NCBI RefSeq assembly: GCF_001194135.2
Contig: NC_068986.1
Span: 29,951,666-30,015,665 of the forward strand
DNA length: 64,000 bases
Source of the DNA: Octopus bimaculoides
Lineage: Eukaryota
Direction: 5' to 3'
Under the pieces are notes generated by a model. It did not search any database and had not been told where the DNA came from. It was given only the letters and a program-made list of their open reading frames with translations. The position numbers and the translations under genes are program-made. This document shows positions 62,121-64,000 of the stretch, in pieces; position 1 is the first letter of the stretch; each line of letters starts with the position of its first letter.

Positions 62121-63714
62121 AATAATATATATATATATATATATGCATATATACATATGAATACGTACATACTTACATGTTTACGTATATACATATGCAT
62201 ATATGGGCACAGGACATCACAAAACATAAACAACAAATAATACAAAGTACGAGGACATGGAATAAGGGCTTTTTTTCCAACCAACGAAAGAAACAAATGG
62301 AAAACAAGACAAGCAACATAAGGAACGACCCTTCATCAGTTGTCAGCTGTTTTTCTTGTCCGTATTTCGAATATATATATATATATTGTCTATCTCTGTA
62401 CTATAGACTTGATCAAGGAGTAATTGATAGTTTTAGTCTTCCATAAGAATTTCATTAATATTTAGAAAACCTTGCTGAAATATTAATAAATATTAACAAA
62501 TCAACCCCAGCACTTGACAAATACTATATTTTCCTGACCCTGGAAGGACCAAACAAATTGTTGCTCCTTATGAAGGTTAAGGATTAATGTGATGTGGGTT
62601 AATCATTAAAAAATCTAGCATTTAGACAGATGAAAGATTATCTCAGAATAATCTATACAATAAAATGTGCTGGAATATTTTGCACAATGAATTGTCTAAT
62701 AAAACAAACATTCCCCAAGAAATTTTAATTTCTGTTCAACTTCTTTAAATCTGACTTATTTAATTGATAATTCCATTTTTCTTTATTTTGAAGTGTTTCC
62801 AAATTCTTGTGATGTTTTGGTAAATTTTTGTTAGAAATGGTTTTCCTTATTTGTACAGGCTTCTGGAAAATTAATCTGTTTATAATCTTGTGGCAAATGA
62901 AATAAACTACACATGCATACATTTGTGCACAGACACATAGATGCAGGCACATAAATACACATTCATACACAAACTTGCTGTATGGGTGTACACAATATAC
63001 ATATATTTGTGTGTTTGCGTAATTGCACATGTATATATATGATCATGAACATGTGTACACACATAGAAATTTGCTTCTAATAAGGAAATTACATTGAGCA
63101 AAAGAGAAGAATTCAAACAGTTGAAATTGCATCATGACAGGAGGAAGATTTGAATTGGTGCCAAAACTGATGATGAAAACAAGAAACACCATCTTTAACA
63201 TTTTATTTATCCATCTCTTCAAAAATAATCTTAATCATTTTAATGTTGCCAGTTTGTTGGCAAGGGATTCTATGAGAAGCGCTGTAAAGTGCTGTTCTCA
63301 AATAAGACATTAACATAACAAATGCACATTTAGAAAACAATAAAATACAAATATTTGAACACATGAGTCACATGTACTTGCATGCATTTTATCTTCAGTG
63401 TCCTTGCCATATAGATTTGCCAAACATTAAGGCAAAGAAAATAAACAGCAAAAACATTCCTTCATTATCCTCACCATATATGGCTGGGTGAAGGAATAGT
63501 TAATAGACTTACTAGTAGAATGCATGAATGTAGAGAACTATGGAATAATAAACAGGTGGGTGAAGAATTAGATATTTATGTAATCCAGTGTTTATACATA
63601 ACATTAGACAGAGAAGTGGACATAAATCTAGCTTGGTGATTTGATAATGGAATAGATCTATAAATGAGTACACTGATCATTGTCATTATTTTCACTGTTA
63701 TCTAAGAATTCATT

Positions 63715-63870
63715 TCCCATAATTTCGTCCACAAAGTTCAATCCTGCGCCATCTCATGCATTGAACTTCCATTTTCAAATTTAACCTAAATATCCTTTCC
63801 AATTTCTCCAAGATCTATTTTCACTTTGGGTACCTTCCACTATCAGTTCACAGTACATTTTAATCACCAT
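63715..63870 (-). mobile_element. Very decayed RTE 3' fragment
   Basis: IVEGT... and EMAQD*TLWTKL motifs in different frames. Confidence 0.4.
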
Positions 63871-64000
63871 TCATCATCAATTTCTACTATGGTCTTACTA
63901 TTACAATTGTCTCTTTCACTCACTAGTTATTGCTTTTGAGGCAGTCATTTTTCTCAGCCCACTGTTAAATTTGTACTTTAGTTATTTCTATATGCTAATA

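Noticed and set aside
62280-62345. Additional hammerhead on the minus strand (CTGATGAAGGG)
   Set aside because: No matching stem II closure or GAAAC found; at most a decayed PLE-like remnant.
63160-63200. CTGATGA...GAAAC motif
   Set aside because: No stem II complementarity.

Overview
AT-rich, repeat-saturated eukaryotic DNA with nine N-gaps. The dispersed repeat families resemble those I recall from Octopus genomes, so a coleoid cephalopod origin is an inference. I recognise no host protein-coding gene; there is one weak candidate exon at 59900-60085 on the minus strand. Most listed ORFs are microsatellite or transposon artefacts. The window contains dozens of SINE-like repeats (my labels A-F), TTAA-, hAT- and pogo-type MITEs, a full-length decayed DD34D mariner, a DD34E Tc1 fragment, an internally deleted rosa/DD41D-like element, a non-autonomous Helitron, a hAT transposase relic and several RTE and CR1/L2-type LINE 3' ends. 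The most interesting signal is a set of type-I hammerhead-ribozyme (HHR) cores at four loci from three sequence families. One sits in a tRNA-headed SINE (10456-10851). One has a ~93-nt structured stem II inside a Penelope-like element with 210-bp inverted arms (24311-25380). Two are fold-back duplications (6402-6584 and 23827-23987). Together they suggest a system of ribozyme-processed, Penelope-dependent non-autonomous retroelements. Repeat boundaries were read by eye and are approximate unless TIRs or TSDs are quoted.
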